A stretch of 64,000 bases of DNA, from the NCBI RefSeq assembly GCF_009914755.1, contig NC_060932.1. One strand, given 5' to 3'. This DNA comes from the human T2T-CHM13v2.0 reference genome, Homo sapiens. The position numbers were made by a program, and so were the translations under genes. The number at the start of each line of letters is the position of its first letter. The first letter of the stretch is position 1. This document shows positions 24,731 through 37,098 of this stretch, one piece after another. The notes under the pieces are model-generated. The model saw nothing but the letters and a program-made list of their open reading frames with translations. It did not search any database and was not told where the DNA came from.

Positions 24731-27229
24731 GTTGGTCTAACTCTTCAGCTGGTGCTTGGGCCTTCCATGACCTACTCCACTCTTCTTGCGAAACCTGATG
24801 ACATCATTACATGTCCCCTATGAGGCCATCTGGTTGTCATAGGGAGGATGATCCAGGCTAGAGAGGTGAGTTCACAAGGTGGATGTCACACAGCAAGTTG
24901 GGCAGGGAAGGGTGAGGTACTGGGTACAATCCTGCTCTCTGGAGTCCCCAGATGCTTCCTTCAGCTCACGGGGGCTCAGCACAGCCCCATAAGGCAAGTG
25001 GGGGGTGCAGAGTGTCCACAGTGGGGGAGACTGTTCCCACTGTCAGGCCTCGTGCTGGTGTGTGTGTGAGTGACAGAGCTAATTTCCCAAACACCATCTG
25101 AGCTGAATGCATGTGGATGAGGATGATGGTTTTAACATTTTAAATTAGAAAAAAATTACATTTTTCTCCCCTGCCAAAATAAAGATGAGAAGTCAAATGG
25201 ATCTGGTTTGAAAGGGGCTGGAACCAGGGAGCATGTTCCTGCCAGACTCTCTGTTGAGCAAACAGACCGGGAGCCAAGCGTTGCCTGGCGGTTAGTCCCT
25301 GCGACCCCTGGCTGCCCGGTTCTCTGCAGCGTGGGGCATGACAACTTCCGGGAGCTGTGGGGCAGGCAGGCTCAGGCTGGCATCTGCAGGTCTCCTGCAG
25401 CTGGCTAGGCTTGGTGGCATCCAGCTCCTCTCCTGGGATGCAGGCTTGCTCCGGTCTTCTTTGAGGAATTTCCATGGGACCAGTGAAGGCAGGCAAGCAC
25501 CTCAGGGCCGGACGCCCTACCCCCGGGATGCAGCTGCTGTCTCTGCTATGACTGTTTCTGTCTGCCCCACGGGGATCCCTTTCTCCTGCTCTGGGGGCTC
25601 CGTCCTCGGCAGTGCTCCGATTTGGGCTCCATGTTACCCGCTGTTTGCTGTGCTGGGTTTTCCCAGAGTGGGGCCCGGCATTGTTCTTCTACACCGCATC
25701 TTTGAGAGACCCTTTCAAGGTTGTCACCCCAAACCACAATTGGGGAGACTGAGGCCCATGGGCCTGACTGGAGGTGCTGTGGCCAGCACAGAGGACTCCC
25801 TTCCTGTGCAGTCAGTCAGCCAGGGAGGGGCCAGGGGGCTGCACTGTGATCAGGAGACTTGCAGGGCCCCTCCCCACTCCAGGCACTGTGTCTGATTCCT
25901 GGAGAAAGAGCAGTGAGTCCCCTCCCTCAGCCTTTGCTGGCCTGGGGGCTGCTGTTCCGTAAGAAGCCACTGCAGTGGGGCAGAAAGCACCACATGTCCC
26001 CTTGGCCCAGGCCGCTGCTTCCTTTCTCCTGTAATCAGCAACTGCTCTCCAGCAGGACTCGCAGGCAGGGGCACGGGACCCTCCTGAAAGGGCTCCTCTG
26101 CAGGAGGCTTCCTCCCATCCCTGGCCTCCCGCCACACCTCTGCACACATTTGAATCGGCGTTGTCTGCTCTGCTGTGGCCTCGGTCAGGTCAGCTCCTGG
26201 AACGGTGCGAAAGAACAGCGTGGGCAATGTATTCTGGGCGACTCCCAGCCAGGACCTCGGAAAGCCAGTCCCTGGGCCCCTGCCCCATCAGGTGTTGCCT
26301 CCTCGGTCTCATTCTTGGGCCTCGCTCCTGTCCCCCAGCACCCCTAGGTCCAGCGGAACCCATACCTGCTTGTTTCCCTGCCCTCCGTCCCCTGCGGGCT
26401 CCCACCCCAGGCCTCCGAGACCCCAGAGAGGAATGGGGCGATGGAGAGGGCCGTGCTGGGAGGAGGGGGTGATGGGGGAGGAGGGGCCAGGACTCTGAGC
26501 AGAGGGGAAGCAGAGACGGGGAGGCTGCGTGCGGCCACAGCACAGGAGCCAGGAGCAGACTCTGCAGAGGGGAGACTGATGGCAGCACCCAGGGCGGGTG
26601 GCCCCAGCAGCAGCTACCAGCCCCAGTGTGGGCCCAGCCCCCATGACAGAGCGCTGCTGGTGGCCTGCCTACTCCAGCCCCACCTGCCATGGGCTGTCAG
26701 TCGAGGCAGGGCTGTCTACATGCTATCGAGTATCAGGTGGGAGGAAGGGAGTCTGGGGCAGGGGCCACTGGGGGCACTTACAGGTTTGGGCTCTTGACTG
26801 AGACTCTGGGTGCTCCCAGATGACCTCTCCGGGTGAGCCTGGGCACATGTGGCACAAATTGCCTCTAAGCTCTGCCAGCTCAGAACTCTCTGGGCCAGAA
26901 TGCGATGGGCCTCAGCCCCTGAGAGAGGGCGGCGGGGAGAAACTTCCCCCGCACTCAATCCCATCTCTCTGCTTCCCTTCAAGTGGGGGCAGTGGCCGTG
27001 GCTCCCTGCAGCTCCGCAGTGCAGCTGGGCCTTTGTTTGCAGCTCTGGAGAAAGGGGAGACACAGGATAGTGGGGGTGGCCTAGCCCCAGCCCCGCCCAG
27101 GGGCCTCTGAGAGTTGAGCCTGGGCTGCATTCTCAGCTGCACTCAGCTGGACTGCACTAGACGGCAGACACCAAAGCGATCCGAGCTCTCCCCCGTGCCG
27201 GGGCCGCCTCCTCCCTCACAGGCCGGGTG

Positions 27230-27396
27230 TGTGTTAGTTTCCTCGGGCTCCGCCAAGCACCACACACAGCGTGGCTTTCACAGCAGACGTCTATTGTCTG
27301 GCAGCGGTGGAGGCTGGAAGTCTGAAATCAAAGTGTGGGCAGGGCTGTGCTCCCTCCAGATGCCAGGGGAGGATCCCTCTGCCTCTTCCAGCTTCC
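27230..27396 (-). mobile_element. MLT1 (MaLR) LTR fragment
   Basis: TGTGTTAGTTTCCT...GGAGGCTGGAAGTCTGAAATCAAAGTGTGGGCAGGGCTGTGCTCCCTCCAGA...CCTCTTCCAGCTTC. Confidence 0.8.
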
Positions 27397-27469
27397 ATCA
27401 GCGCCTGCTGCCCCGGCATGCCTCTGCCCCTGCCCCGGCCCCTACCATTCTTGAATTCCCTGCCCACCC

Positions 27470-27590
27470 TTCTGTCTTCTTGACCAGACGTGGAGCTCCC
27501 TGAGGGCAGGGACTGGGTCTTATTATATCTCCTCAAGCTCGGCCTGGTGCTGCAGCCCAGGAGTGTCTGTCGGATGAGCGGGTGATGGAT
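27470..27590 (+). mobile_element. L2 3' fragment
   Basis: CCAGACGTGGAGCTCCCTGAGGGCAGGGACTGGGTCTTATT...GTCTGTCGGATGAG. Confidence 0.65.
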
Positions 27591-29123
27591 TTGGTGAGAG
27601 AGAGATGGGGAGTGACAGGCTCAGACGTGCAGGTGTGGGGGTGGCCAGGGCGCACTCTGGGACATTTCTGGAGGATGAGGGTTAGCACCGGGACTTGGGC
27701 TGCACCGGTTCAGGAGGCCCAGAGGGAGACAGGGCACTCAGAGCAAGGGCAGCTCTACCAAGGTGAGCAGCAGAGAGGCCGTTCTGAGGCTGGTGCTGAG
27801 CTGGGGCTTAGGGTGGGGAGGCAGGGAAGGCAGGAGATGCAGCTTGTGAAGGGTGGGCTGGATGTGGCGGGGGGCACGGGAGCTGGGAGCAGTTCAGTCA
27901 CTCCAGCGGCCTGCACGTGTGGGACCAGGGAAGAGGAGCCTGCTGGCTTGTGCGGACAAGGAGGAGGGGGCTGTGATTCTGCGGGTGGGAGCAGGGGTGC
28001 GCAGGAAGCCACTCTCCCTCCTTCCCTCCCTCTTCTCGCCGATTACCCTCAACTGCGGGTCAATCTCACTGTAGAAGATGGCCCTGCCCTCTCCATGGCC
28101 TGGGGAGACTGAGGGGTTTCATAAAAGGGTTTGCTCATTTGTGACTTTAATCCTCAGCTGTGATTTTATCTCCGCACAAGAAAGCTCTTTCTGTTCATTG
28201 ATTCCACGCAGGCATTAGCTGGAAAGCCTCAGCTATTGGCTCCTGATGGCACCAAAGTTACCCATCGACTCTGGCTCTCGGCCACAGCACAGGGGCTGGG
28301 GACTGGGGGCTGGGGGGTGAGTAACTGAAGTGCGGAGAGGTGCACCCAGCCGCTCCCAGGTCCCCGGCAAAGTCCTAGCTGTCCCTGCAGCTTCCCCCTG
28401 GAGCAGATGCACCACACCCAGCCCTGCTGTGACAACGTCCTGCGTTCCTCCCTGGAGCCCAGAGGTTGTGCCTCGAACCTCGGAAGGGCCCTGGCTGCCC
28501 CTGCCTTATGGGGTTTCCCCTTTCCCATTGGCCACAGGGCTATCTTCCCGCAATGGGAACCCTGAGACTATGTGCTCTGGGAAGCCAACCTGGGGGTGGA
28601 CGGCAGATGACCACCCCTTTGCCTGAGAGGCCCAACTCAGAGCGCCCCCGTCTTCTTGAACAGGTGTGGGCTGCACTGGTGGCTCCTAGAGCTGGCGATC
28701 CTTCATATTCAGGAACACTGCAAGCTGTGGCCAACACTGACTTCCTGGAATCAGCCAACGTGGGAGCCTGGACACTGCAGAAATTGGCAAACCACACAGC
28801 CGAGCGCTGCCCTTCTCCTTCCCAGAGGAGCAGCTTCCCAGCCCCGCACCGTGTTTACCCTGCATGGTCACCGGGTTGCCACCGGCAGACAAGGCCCTGC
28901 CTCCCCCTTGAGCACACAGGCCATCGAGACTCCCTTCTCAGGAGCCCCAACTGGTTTCCCGCCACTACGGACCCCTGAGCTTCTCTCCTGGAAGCTCCAG
29001 GGTGGCGGCTGCCTGGCCTTCAGAGACACCCACTGCCTCAGACCAGGCAGCCTGACTTGGAGACCCTTCCCCATAGGAGCTGGGCTCCCCTTCAGCCTGC
29101 ACAACCCACCCTTCACACCCAGT

Positions 29124-29170
29124 GGGAAGCCCACCCTCCTTGGGGAAGCCCACCCTCCTTGGGGAAGCCC
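29124..29170. repeat. 19-bp tandem duplication (about 2.5 copies)
   Basis: GGGAAGCCCACCCTCCTTG x2 plus GGGAAGCCC. Confidence 0.9.
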
Positions 29171-30616
29171 TCTGCAGCCTGGCAGGAGGCCTTTGCTCCC
29201 TGGGTCCCCTCCTTGGGTCTCCTTCCCCAGGTCTCCTTCCCCAGGCTGTCCTGGGGCCCAGCTCTGTCTCTCACCTGGCGGTGTGGGCCTCGAGGGCTGG
29301 GCCTGTTGTGGGCCAGACCCCACCTGTTGGAAATGCAGCCACCACAGTGCTCAAACAGCTGACCTTGTGCTTCCTTCATGTGGAGGGAAAAAGACCTGGG
29401 GGCAGACCACTAACTGAACCAGCGTCATTTATGCAGAAAATGCATCCCTCTTGCCATTCCTATTTGCCCAAAGATATCCTGGAAGGGGGTCTTAGAGGCC
29501 AGCTGAATCCCTGTCCGAAGCAGGGGGTCAGAGAGAGATCTGCCCCAGCTGCAGAGCACGTGGCCTCCCAGTACGAGAAGTGGGGTGGCTGCACCCAGCA
29601 CAGTGGGTACAAGGAAGTTGGAGCCACTCTGGACCACACTGGCCACAGCCTGATCTGCGCATTGCCCGGGCCCTGAGCACCTGGCCAGGTGCTGAACTCC
29701 TTTGGGAACTTCAGGTCTGATGGAGAGGTGCTCCGTCCACTCTGCCCAGTGTCTGCCCTCTGCCCAGACGCCCCAAAAGCAGCCGCAGAGAGAAGGCGAA
29801 CTTTGGCTTCGGGGGCCCAGTGCCACCACTTCCGATCTGCGTGGCGGTGGTCAAGTGGCCTGGCTTTGCCGAGCCGCTTCCTCATGTTGCACGTGGGGAT
29901 GACGGAGCCGCCCTCCAGGAAGCTCCAGGGATTCATAAGACCAGGCGTGCCAGAGCTGCAGGTCTCAGCAGCTGATCACTAAGTGCTGGTGCCTGCTCAC
30001 AAGGGACAGCTGCCCACCAGCTCTGGGCCATGGCTGGGGGCTCCCGCCCAAGCCCTGGGCAACTGATGATACGTTGCTGACCGCAGGCAAGCCTCCCTGC
30101 CAGCCCTGCTGGCCTGCATGGGACCAGGGAAGGAGGGTGAGGCCTATATTTATCTGCAGTGTGAGGAGGCTTGTCTGGCAGTCAGATGCAAATGCCTTCA
30201 TCCCATCTAGGCTGGTTGCTGCTCACAGCGGACAAGTCTTTCCCGCCTGTTCCACACCAGCCTGGTGCCAGTGACAGGGGTGGCGGGAGCTTCACAGTGC
30301 CTGGAGGCTCGTTCCTGGGCTGCGAAAGCGCCTGAGTGACGGAGGCTCAGGCTGAGCTTAGGCGAGTTTACTGAGGCTTAGGAGGAAGCCGGATCAGAAG
30401 AGGCTGCAGAAACCATAATGCCCACACATCCCTGCCCCAGCGGCGGCCCACAGGTGCCTGGCCTCAGCTCAGCTACACTGGAGGGGAGGTAGCCAGCACC
30501 CTGATGGTGTCTCGGTTCTAAGACCCCATTTACACAGTGGAAAACAGGAGGCAGCCGCCCAGCGACCTCTGCCCTTCAAAGGCTCCAAGAGAAGCAAAGG
30601 GACAGGTGTAAGGAAG

Positions 30617-30913
30617 TAAGCCCTGACCCTGGAGACTCAACAAGCCCTGATGAAGTTAGACGAAGTTACAAGCTGGGCCCTGACCCTGGTCACACACTAA
30701 GCTCTGACCCTGGTCTCAGACTGAGCCCTGATTCTCATCACTGAGTCACTAAGTCCTGATCCTGGTCACATGTCGAGCCTCGACCTTAGTCATACACTGA
30801 GTCTTGACCCTGGTCACAGGCTGAGCCCTGACCCTGGTCACACACTGAGCCCTGATCCTGGTCACACACTGAGCCCTGACCCTGGTCCTCAATCAGCTGA
30901 GCCTTGATCCTGC
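30617..30913. repeat. 24-bp minisatellite, about 11 diverged copies
   Basis: Consensus CTGAGCCCTGACCCTGGTCACACA. The best copies lie at 30821-30888. Confidence 0.9.
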
Positions 30914-32829
30914 TTCCTGATTGGCTATGAACTGTTCCAGTGTGGAAGGGAGAGGCCAGGGCATGAGGTGGGACTCGCTAGGGCAGCCCCTCTGCACATC
31001 TGGGACTCAGGTCAGAACACAACCCTCCCTACATGCGAGAAGAAGTTCCTGCAGGTGGCATCTTTCAGGTAGCTGTGCTTTAAGCCTGCGCTGGGCTTGC
31101 CCTCCGGTGACAGCAGCAGCTTTCAAGGAGGCAGCCATGAGACAGTCCCTCAGGCTGGGGGCTTGATCACGCTCACCTCAGAGCCTCACCTCCTGGGGAG
31201 TGAGCAAAAGTGAGAGTCATTAACCCACTTTACAGAGGAGGAAACGGAGGCCCGGGAAGGGGCCTCAGGATCTCGCCCAGAGAATAGCCGGTCCTGAAGA
31301 CCCTGCATCTGAGCCACACCCTGCTCTGCCCACACCTCCTGGGGTCTCAGCACCCCCAGTGCATTTTCCCCCGCCCCCGGCCTGCACTGTGAGCTCCGGT
31401 TGGTGGTTCCTAGCAAGCACCTGTTGGCTGTGCCAGGCCCCAAGCGCCTCATGAGCTAAAGAGGGTGCCCTGCTATTCTGGGGCTCAATGCCCAGCCTCT
31501 GCCCGAGTAGCCTTGTCTGTGCCTGTCCTGGGCCGGCCCTCCAAGTCTGGAGGGGAGACGGAGCTTGCCTTCTCTGTGCTGTGGGACTGACTGTGTCGGG
31601 GTGGGGCAGGGAGGAAGCAAAAACCAAACCCCTCGCTTCCCCGACTGCCTGCCCTCGCCTGTCTCCAAACCTCACGGACATCCAGCTCGAGGGAAGTGAA
31701 CGTCACTCCAATATCTGAAAATGCAGCTGATGCTGCAATTACATCCCCTGTCCCTTCTCCTTCCGGGGGTCCTCTGGGGTCCTGGGAATCCGGCCAACAG
31801 GAATCTGTTTTATGATCCTGAGTCTCTGCCAGCAGGAAGGCCGGGCGAGGCCGGTCCCTATGTGCCCACGATGCTCTCACATAAATATGCATCACTTAAA
31901 ATTTAATAAAAAATACCAATTATAAAAGCTATTTACCCAGTCAAATCAATCACTGGCCTTGGTGTGTTTATGCCTGAACACCTGATTTCTGCTCATAAGT
32001 CACTTTTACACCCTCTTTAGGTGCTAACGACCTGAGTGAGCTGGCAGCGGTTCCGGAGGGATGGGGCTCACCTATCCCAACCCCTCACCCCCACTCCTCA
32101 GGGCCGGGGAAGTCAGCTTGCCTCTCAGGAAGCTGGAATCCCAGAATCAGGGCTCAGAGCCTCTGGCCTCCTGTGGGCAGCCCCAGTCCCCTCTGCAGGT
32201 AGTAGAGTCAAACCTCCTCTCCTTCAGGAGGTCTTCCCTGCCCTCCCCAATTCTCAGGGCTTCTCCAACATTAAATGGGCGGCTCTGTCTGCATTAGCAA
32301 GAAATGTGTTCAATTTCTCACTTTCTGCAGCAGCGACTGCAGGCCCACCACACACAGAGCCTGTTTCAGCTCCAAGGGGTACCAGCTGTATGCCCCTTTT
32401 GCAAAGCGTGAGTCCCTGTTGATGTCAGGGATGGAGGCGGGTAACATAAGACACCAGGGCTGTGCCTGGGTCCCTGCCTGCCTCACACCAGAGCATCTTG
32501 CCAACTAGAAGAGGATTCCTGGCCAAGGAATCATCCACGCCAGTTTGGGAACTGTGGCCACATGGCCCATGAGGAGGCAGGAGGGGCAGGGGAACAGCAT
32601 CCCCTACCCCAGATCTGCTCTTCATCCAGGCCCCACACTTCCTGGCTGAGTGACCTCAGGCTGGTCTCCGGACCTCTTTGATCCTCCATGTCCTTATCTT
32701 TGGATCAAGAATTGCTGTGAGTTTGAGTGAGTCAGTGCATGGTGGGTACTTAATCCTGATACTCAGTGGCATCATAGCCACAGCTGGCATTCGTTTGTGT
32801 GCTCTCTGCCTTCATTCAGCTGTATTTAT

Positions 32830-33385
32830 TGAAAGGCAGTTTGGCCACGTCACTAAGTACATGGACTCTGATATCAAATCCACCTGGATTTGAGCTTCAG
32901 CTCTGCCACTCGTGGTGTGATAGTGGATAAGTCACTTAGCCTCCTTGTGACTCAGGTTTCTTGTGGCAAGACAAATGCCACAGTGGGTATCTCACAGGGT
33001 TGGAGATGCATTCTGGAATGCAGATGTGATGGTTGGAGCTGAAGCAGCCCTTTTGGGCTGCAACAAAAAGCTCACAGTTTTGGGATGAAGCAAGATCTTC
33101 AGGCAAAGAGTTTTGTTCATAGTTGCTGGATCCCAAATGCCTCCAAACCATGCAGTCCCCAATGTCTGCTGAGGTGGAGGTGGCACAGTGCAGGGACTAG
33201 GCCTGGCTTTGCCCTGACAGTGCGATGGTGGCAAGTTGAGAGTAGTCTCTGTATTTCTGTTACCCCATCCCTATCAGGGACCACAATGCACCACCTTCAT
33301 AGGTTGCTGGGGGGATTAAAACATGGGGTATAAGCTTGTTGGTGTAATGCCCATCACATGGTGGGGCTCACAATAACTCAGCCAG
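32830..33385 (+). mobile_element. MIR split by an old MLT1-type LTR fragment (~32960-33262)
   Basis: MIR 5' half (GGACTCTG...CAGCTCTGCCACT...AAGTCACTTAGCCTC), then CTGGAATGCAGATGTGATGGTTGGAGC (MLT1J/K-like), then MIR 3' half (CATAGGTTGCTGGGGGGATTAAA...). Confidence 0.65.
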
Positions 33386-33539
33386 TTTACTATTAAATGT
33401 ACCAAGGGTACCAAGTGTTCTGCTGTGTACCAAGTGATCAGCTAAGCAATTTGCACATTTTATTCTATTTAATCCTCTCAAATTCACGCTGGAATTTTAT
33501 CAGAAGTCTTCACAAACATTCCCCATTTCACCATTTGCG

Positions 33540-34015
33540 ACAGTTAGATTTGGTGGTAAGTCACAGAGACTGAAAATAGCAATGGCCTAAAAAAGAAAGA
33601 AGCTTCGCTCTCCCTTTTCCATAGAGCCTGGAGGCAGGCCAGCCAGGACTGAAATGGTCTACTCCACAGAGAGCTCAGAGACCAGGCTCCTTTTGCCCTG
33701 TTGGTCCCCCAAGCATGGCCTCCATTCTCAAAGCCACTTCAAGGTGCAAAAGGGTGCTTCGGCTCCAACGATCACATCTGCATTCTAGGGGGCAGCAAGG
33801 GAGAGGCAAGCTGTGAGTGGCAGCTGACTTTTAAAACTGCCCCTGGACACTTGCTTCTGTTTACATGTCACTGGCCAGAACTTCAGTCATGTGGCTGTGC
33901 CTGGGTGAAAGGAGAATTGTGATATGTAACCACTTTCTTCTATGTGTGCCCAGCTAAACTTTCTGCGCAAGAAAGGAGGAGAGAATGGGCATTGTAGGAC
34001 AACTAGCCCTCTCAG
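33540..34015 (-). mobile_element. MLT1J/K-like MaLR LTR
   Basis: CAGTTAG...AGCAATGGCCTAAA...TCACATCTGCATTCTAG...CACTGGCCAGAACTTCAGTCATGTGGC...TGTGCCCAGCTAAA. Confidence 0.7.
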
Positions 34016-34089
34016 ACCCACCCATGTTTGATCATTTTTTAGTGTAATTTTAGCTAATCCATCTAGGGAAGCTAGCATTCAGTGTAAAG

Positions 34090-34301
34090 CAGGATTTCTT
34101 CCCCTTGACACTATTGCTATTTTGAGCTGGGTGATTCTTTGCTCTGGGGACAGGGGCCATCCTGTATCCTGTGCATTGCGGGATGCTGAACAGCTTCCCT
34201 GACCTCTGCCCACTAGATGCCAGCAGCACCTCCCAGCTGTGACAATCAGACATTGGCAAATGTCCCTGGAGGACAAAATTGTCCTTGATTGAGAACCTCT
34301 G
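34090..34301 (-). mobile_element. MER20 (hAT-Charlie DNA transposon)
   Basis: CAGGATTTCTT...CACTATTG...TCCTGTGCATTG...CCCTGACCTCTGCCCACTAGATGCCAGCAGCAC...TGTGACAA...CAAATGTCCCTGG...TTGAGAACCTCTG. Flanks GTGTAAAG/ACTTAAAG resemble a decayed 8-bp TSD. Confidence 0.9.
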
Positions 34302-34499
34302 ACTTAAAGCAAAGACAAAAGTGATGACTGGAGGAGAAAGGTCACGCAGGGAAAATCAGTCACAGGCTGGGGGAGACATTCCACTTTCCAGAGACCTTAT
34401 CTCGCCACTTCCCCACCCCACTTCCCCCTTTTTGCCCGCATCACAAGTGACCTCCTCCACGGTAAGCTGAAAGCGTACAATTGGTCTATCATCTGTCCT

Positions 34500-35560
34500 C
34501 TGGATAAACCCTGGATTTGAGATGACGGTGTGAAAACACATGCTCAGGATCCGCAAATCTAGAACCAAATAGAACTGAAAATGGACACGTAAAAGGGGAG
34601 GATATTGTCAAACGAGAAATGTTAGACGGAATCACAAAGAGAAAGACGGACAGCTTGACTTATAGAAAAATCGGAAACTCCTGCCTCTTAACAAACACAG
34701 AAAAGGCCACAAATGAAAAGCCACTACCCCATGGAAAATATATTTCCAGCCAACACCGCATTCGAGGGGTTAACATCTTCAGCGTGTAAAAGGACTTTCT
34801 AAAAATTGATAAGTAACACGTAGAACCTCAGATAGGTTATTAGTCAAAGTATGTGGCTGCCCAATTCCCAGGAATCATAAATACAGTTAGGAAATAAACA
34901 TGGAAAAGTTATCTTCCCTTACTAGTAATAAAGAAAATGCACATTAAAACCAAGTACGGATTCTTGTTAATAAGGGGAACAGACATTAAAACATGGTAAT
35001 GTCTGACATGTGCTGTGTCGGGTGCAGGCAGGGACTGCCCCAGGAGCAGACAGTTGGCAGCCTGCATCACACGCTTAAAAATGCCCCCTTAGACTGGCAG
35101 TTTAATTTCTAGGATGCTATCCTGAGGAAGTAATCTTAAATACGAAAAAATAGGTATTTTTAGCAAAATAATTAGAAACAACCTAAGTGTTTGAACATGG
35201 GGGATGTTTAAGTAAACTGTGGGTTATCCACTTGAATGAATATTACAGCCATTAAAAAATAATGTTTGCTAAGAGCACATACCGAGAATGCTTGCAGGGA
35301 ACAAAAAGTGTGATCCTAACAGGTAATATAGTGTAATATGATTCCAACTCTGTCAGCAAGAAATCACCATCATCTCAGGAAAAGCTAGGAAAATAGCGCT
35401 TTAGAAATAATGAAAGGACATGCCCCCAGATATTAGCAATGGTTTTGTTTGCATGGTGGGGTTATAGGCAGAGCTTGCTTTATTTTATTTACTGTTTGTT
35501 ATTTTCCAAGTTTTCCCTCGCGCAGTTGGCATTACCTTTTGTAAGACAGGAGTATATTTT
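34500..35560 (+). mobile_element. Old L1M (L1ME-like) ORF2 end and 3' UTR
   Basis: CTAGTAATAAAGAAAATGCACATTAAAAC...TTCTAGGATGCTATCCTGAGGAAGTAATC...TTAGAAACAACCTAAGTGT...GAATATTACAGCCATTAAAAA. Confidence 0.8.
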
Positions 35561-36780
35561 GCAAAAGCCTGGCCAACTGCAGGAGAGAAGTTTGTGGTTG
35601 ATTATTACTGCATGACCCTGGATTACTCCATGATTTTTAAGTTGTGAAAAATAAATGACAAGGAAGGAACAGTCAGGCTTGCTGATGGCATCACCTCCTT
35701 TGTGCGCTCCTGGCCCAGGGACCCCTCCTCAGTGGGTGGGGCTGGTGGGTAGGTGTGAGCACTTCTAATAAATCCACTCAGGCAGGGAAGTGTTGGCCGC
35801 CAGGGAAAGCAAGGAGCTGAGCACGGCGGGCGCATTCGCAGGTGCGTGTGTGTTGAACCATCTACGTGACAAATATTCCTGTAAAAGGCATTTCCCCTGG
35901 TGCTCACCTGGCAGTAGAGTTAGGTTTTACATTAGTGATACAGCAGGATACTGGGCTACAGACTCTAGCTTTCTCCCTCCAGAGGGTTGCTGGAAGTCCC
36001 CCGTGTGCCTCTGGTTCCAGCGTAGTGATTACTTGTGTCCTGGTTTCAGTGAGAAGTTAGAGTCCCCCATGCTTCCTGTTCTCTGAGGGGATGCTCAGGT
36101 GTCGATGCGTGGGGTCAGCCTCTGATTTGTGGGGGTCCTCCTAGGAGCCTTTCTGGGCTGTCTGGCACATCCAAGGACCACCAAGGTCAATCTATAGGTA
36201 TCTTGGGGCCACCCTGAGGGTCCTGGAGCTGCTCCCGTGTGCACTGGTTTCCTGAGGAGTCTGAGAGTCACTTAGAGATCATGGTGCACTTCCCAGTTCA
36301 TGGGAACACCCACGCCTCAGGCCACTCCTCACCTACATGGCCCATGGCCCGTGGGAAGCTGAGCTCTTGGCAGCGGCCTGGGGACCTGGCTCAGCGGAGT
36401 GTCTCAGGTAGGATAGGGCCCTGACACCCCATCCACACCAGGACCACACCCAGCCAGGCCATACCCAGTTGGCCGTGGGTGGCCATGCTGCCACTTCCAA
36501 CCACCACTGACCCTTACCTCTTGGGGGACGCCACAGGATAAGTCATGAGGGGATTCTATCCCCCACTCTGGGCCATGAGTCCCCCTTTTCCCCGAATCTT
36601 GTCTTCACCTTCACTTCTCTCTGCTGCGACCCTGCCTTCTTTGAGGGATGATGTCACCTCTGATCAAACCCCCTTCGGTGAGCAGACCTGCTTTGTAGGG
36701 AGTGAGCTGGCTTGCATGCGAGTTTTGAGAGTGAGAACATTAGGCAGTGCTCTCAGATGAAGATGAAAAGGCACCCCCAC

Positions 36781-37098
<318 letters not shown>

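Noticed and set aside
28656-29417. 253-aa ORF (and similar ORFs at 22525, 43365 and 46031)
   Set aside because: Pro/Gly/Ser/Trp-rich composition typical of random GC-rich ORFs, non-ATG starts in many cases, and no recognisable domain.
30617-30913. CRISPR-like repeat array
   Set aside because: Head-to-tail units with no unique spacers and no cas genes, in primate genomic DNA.
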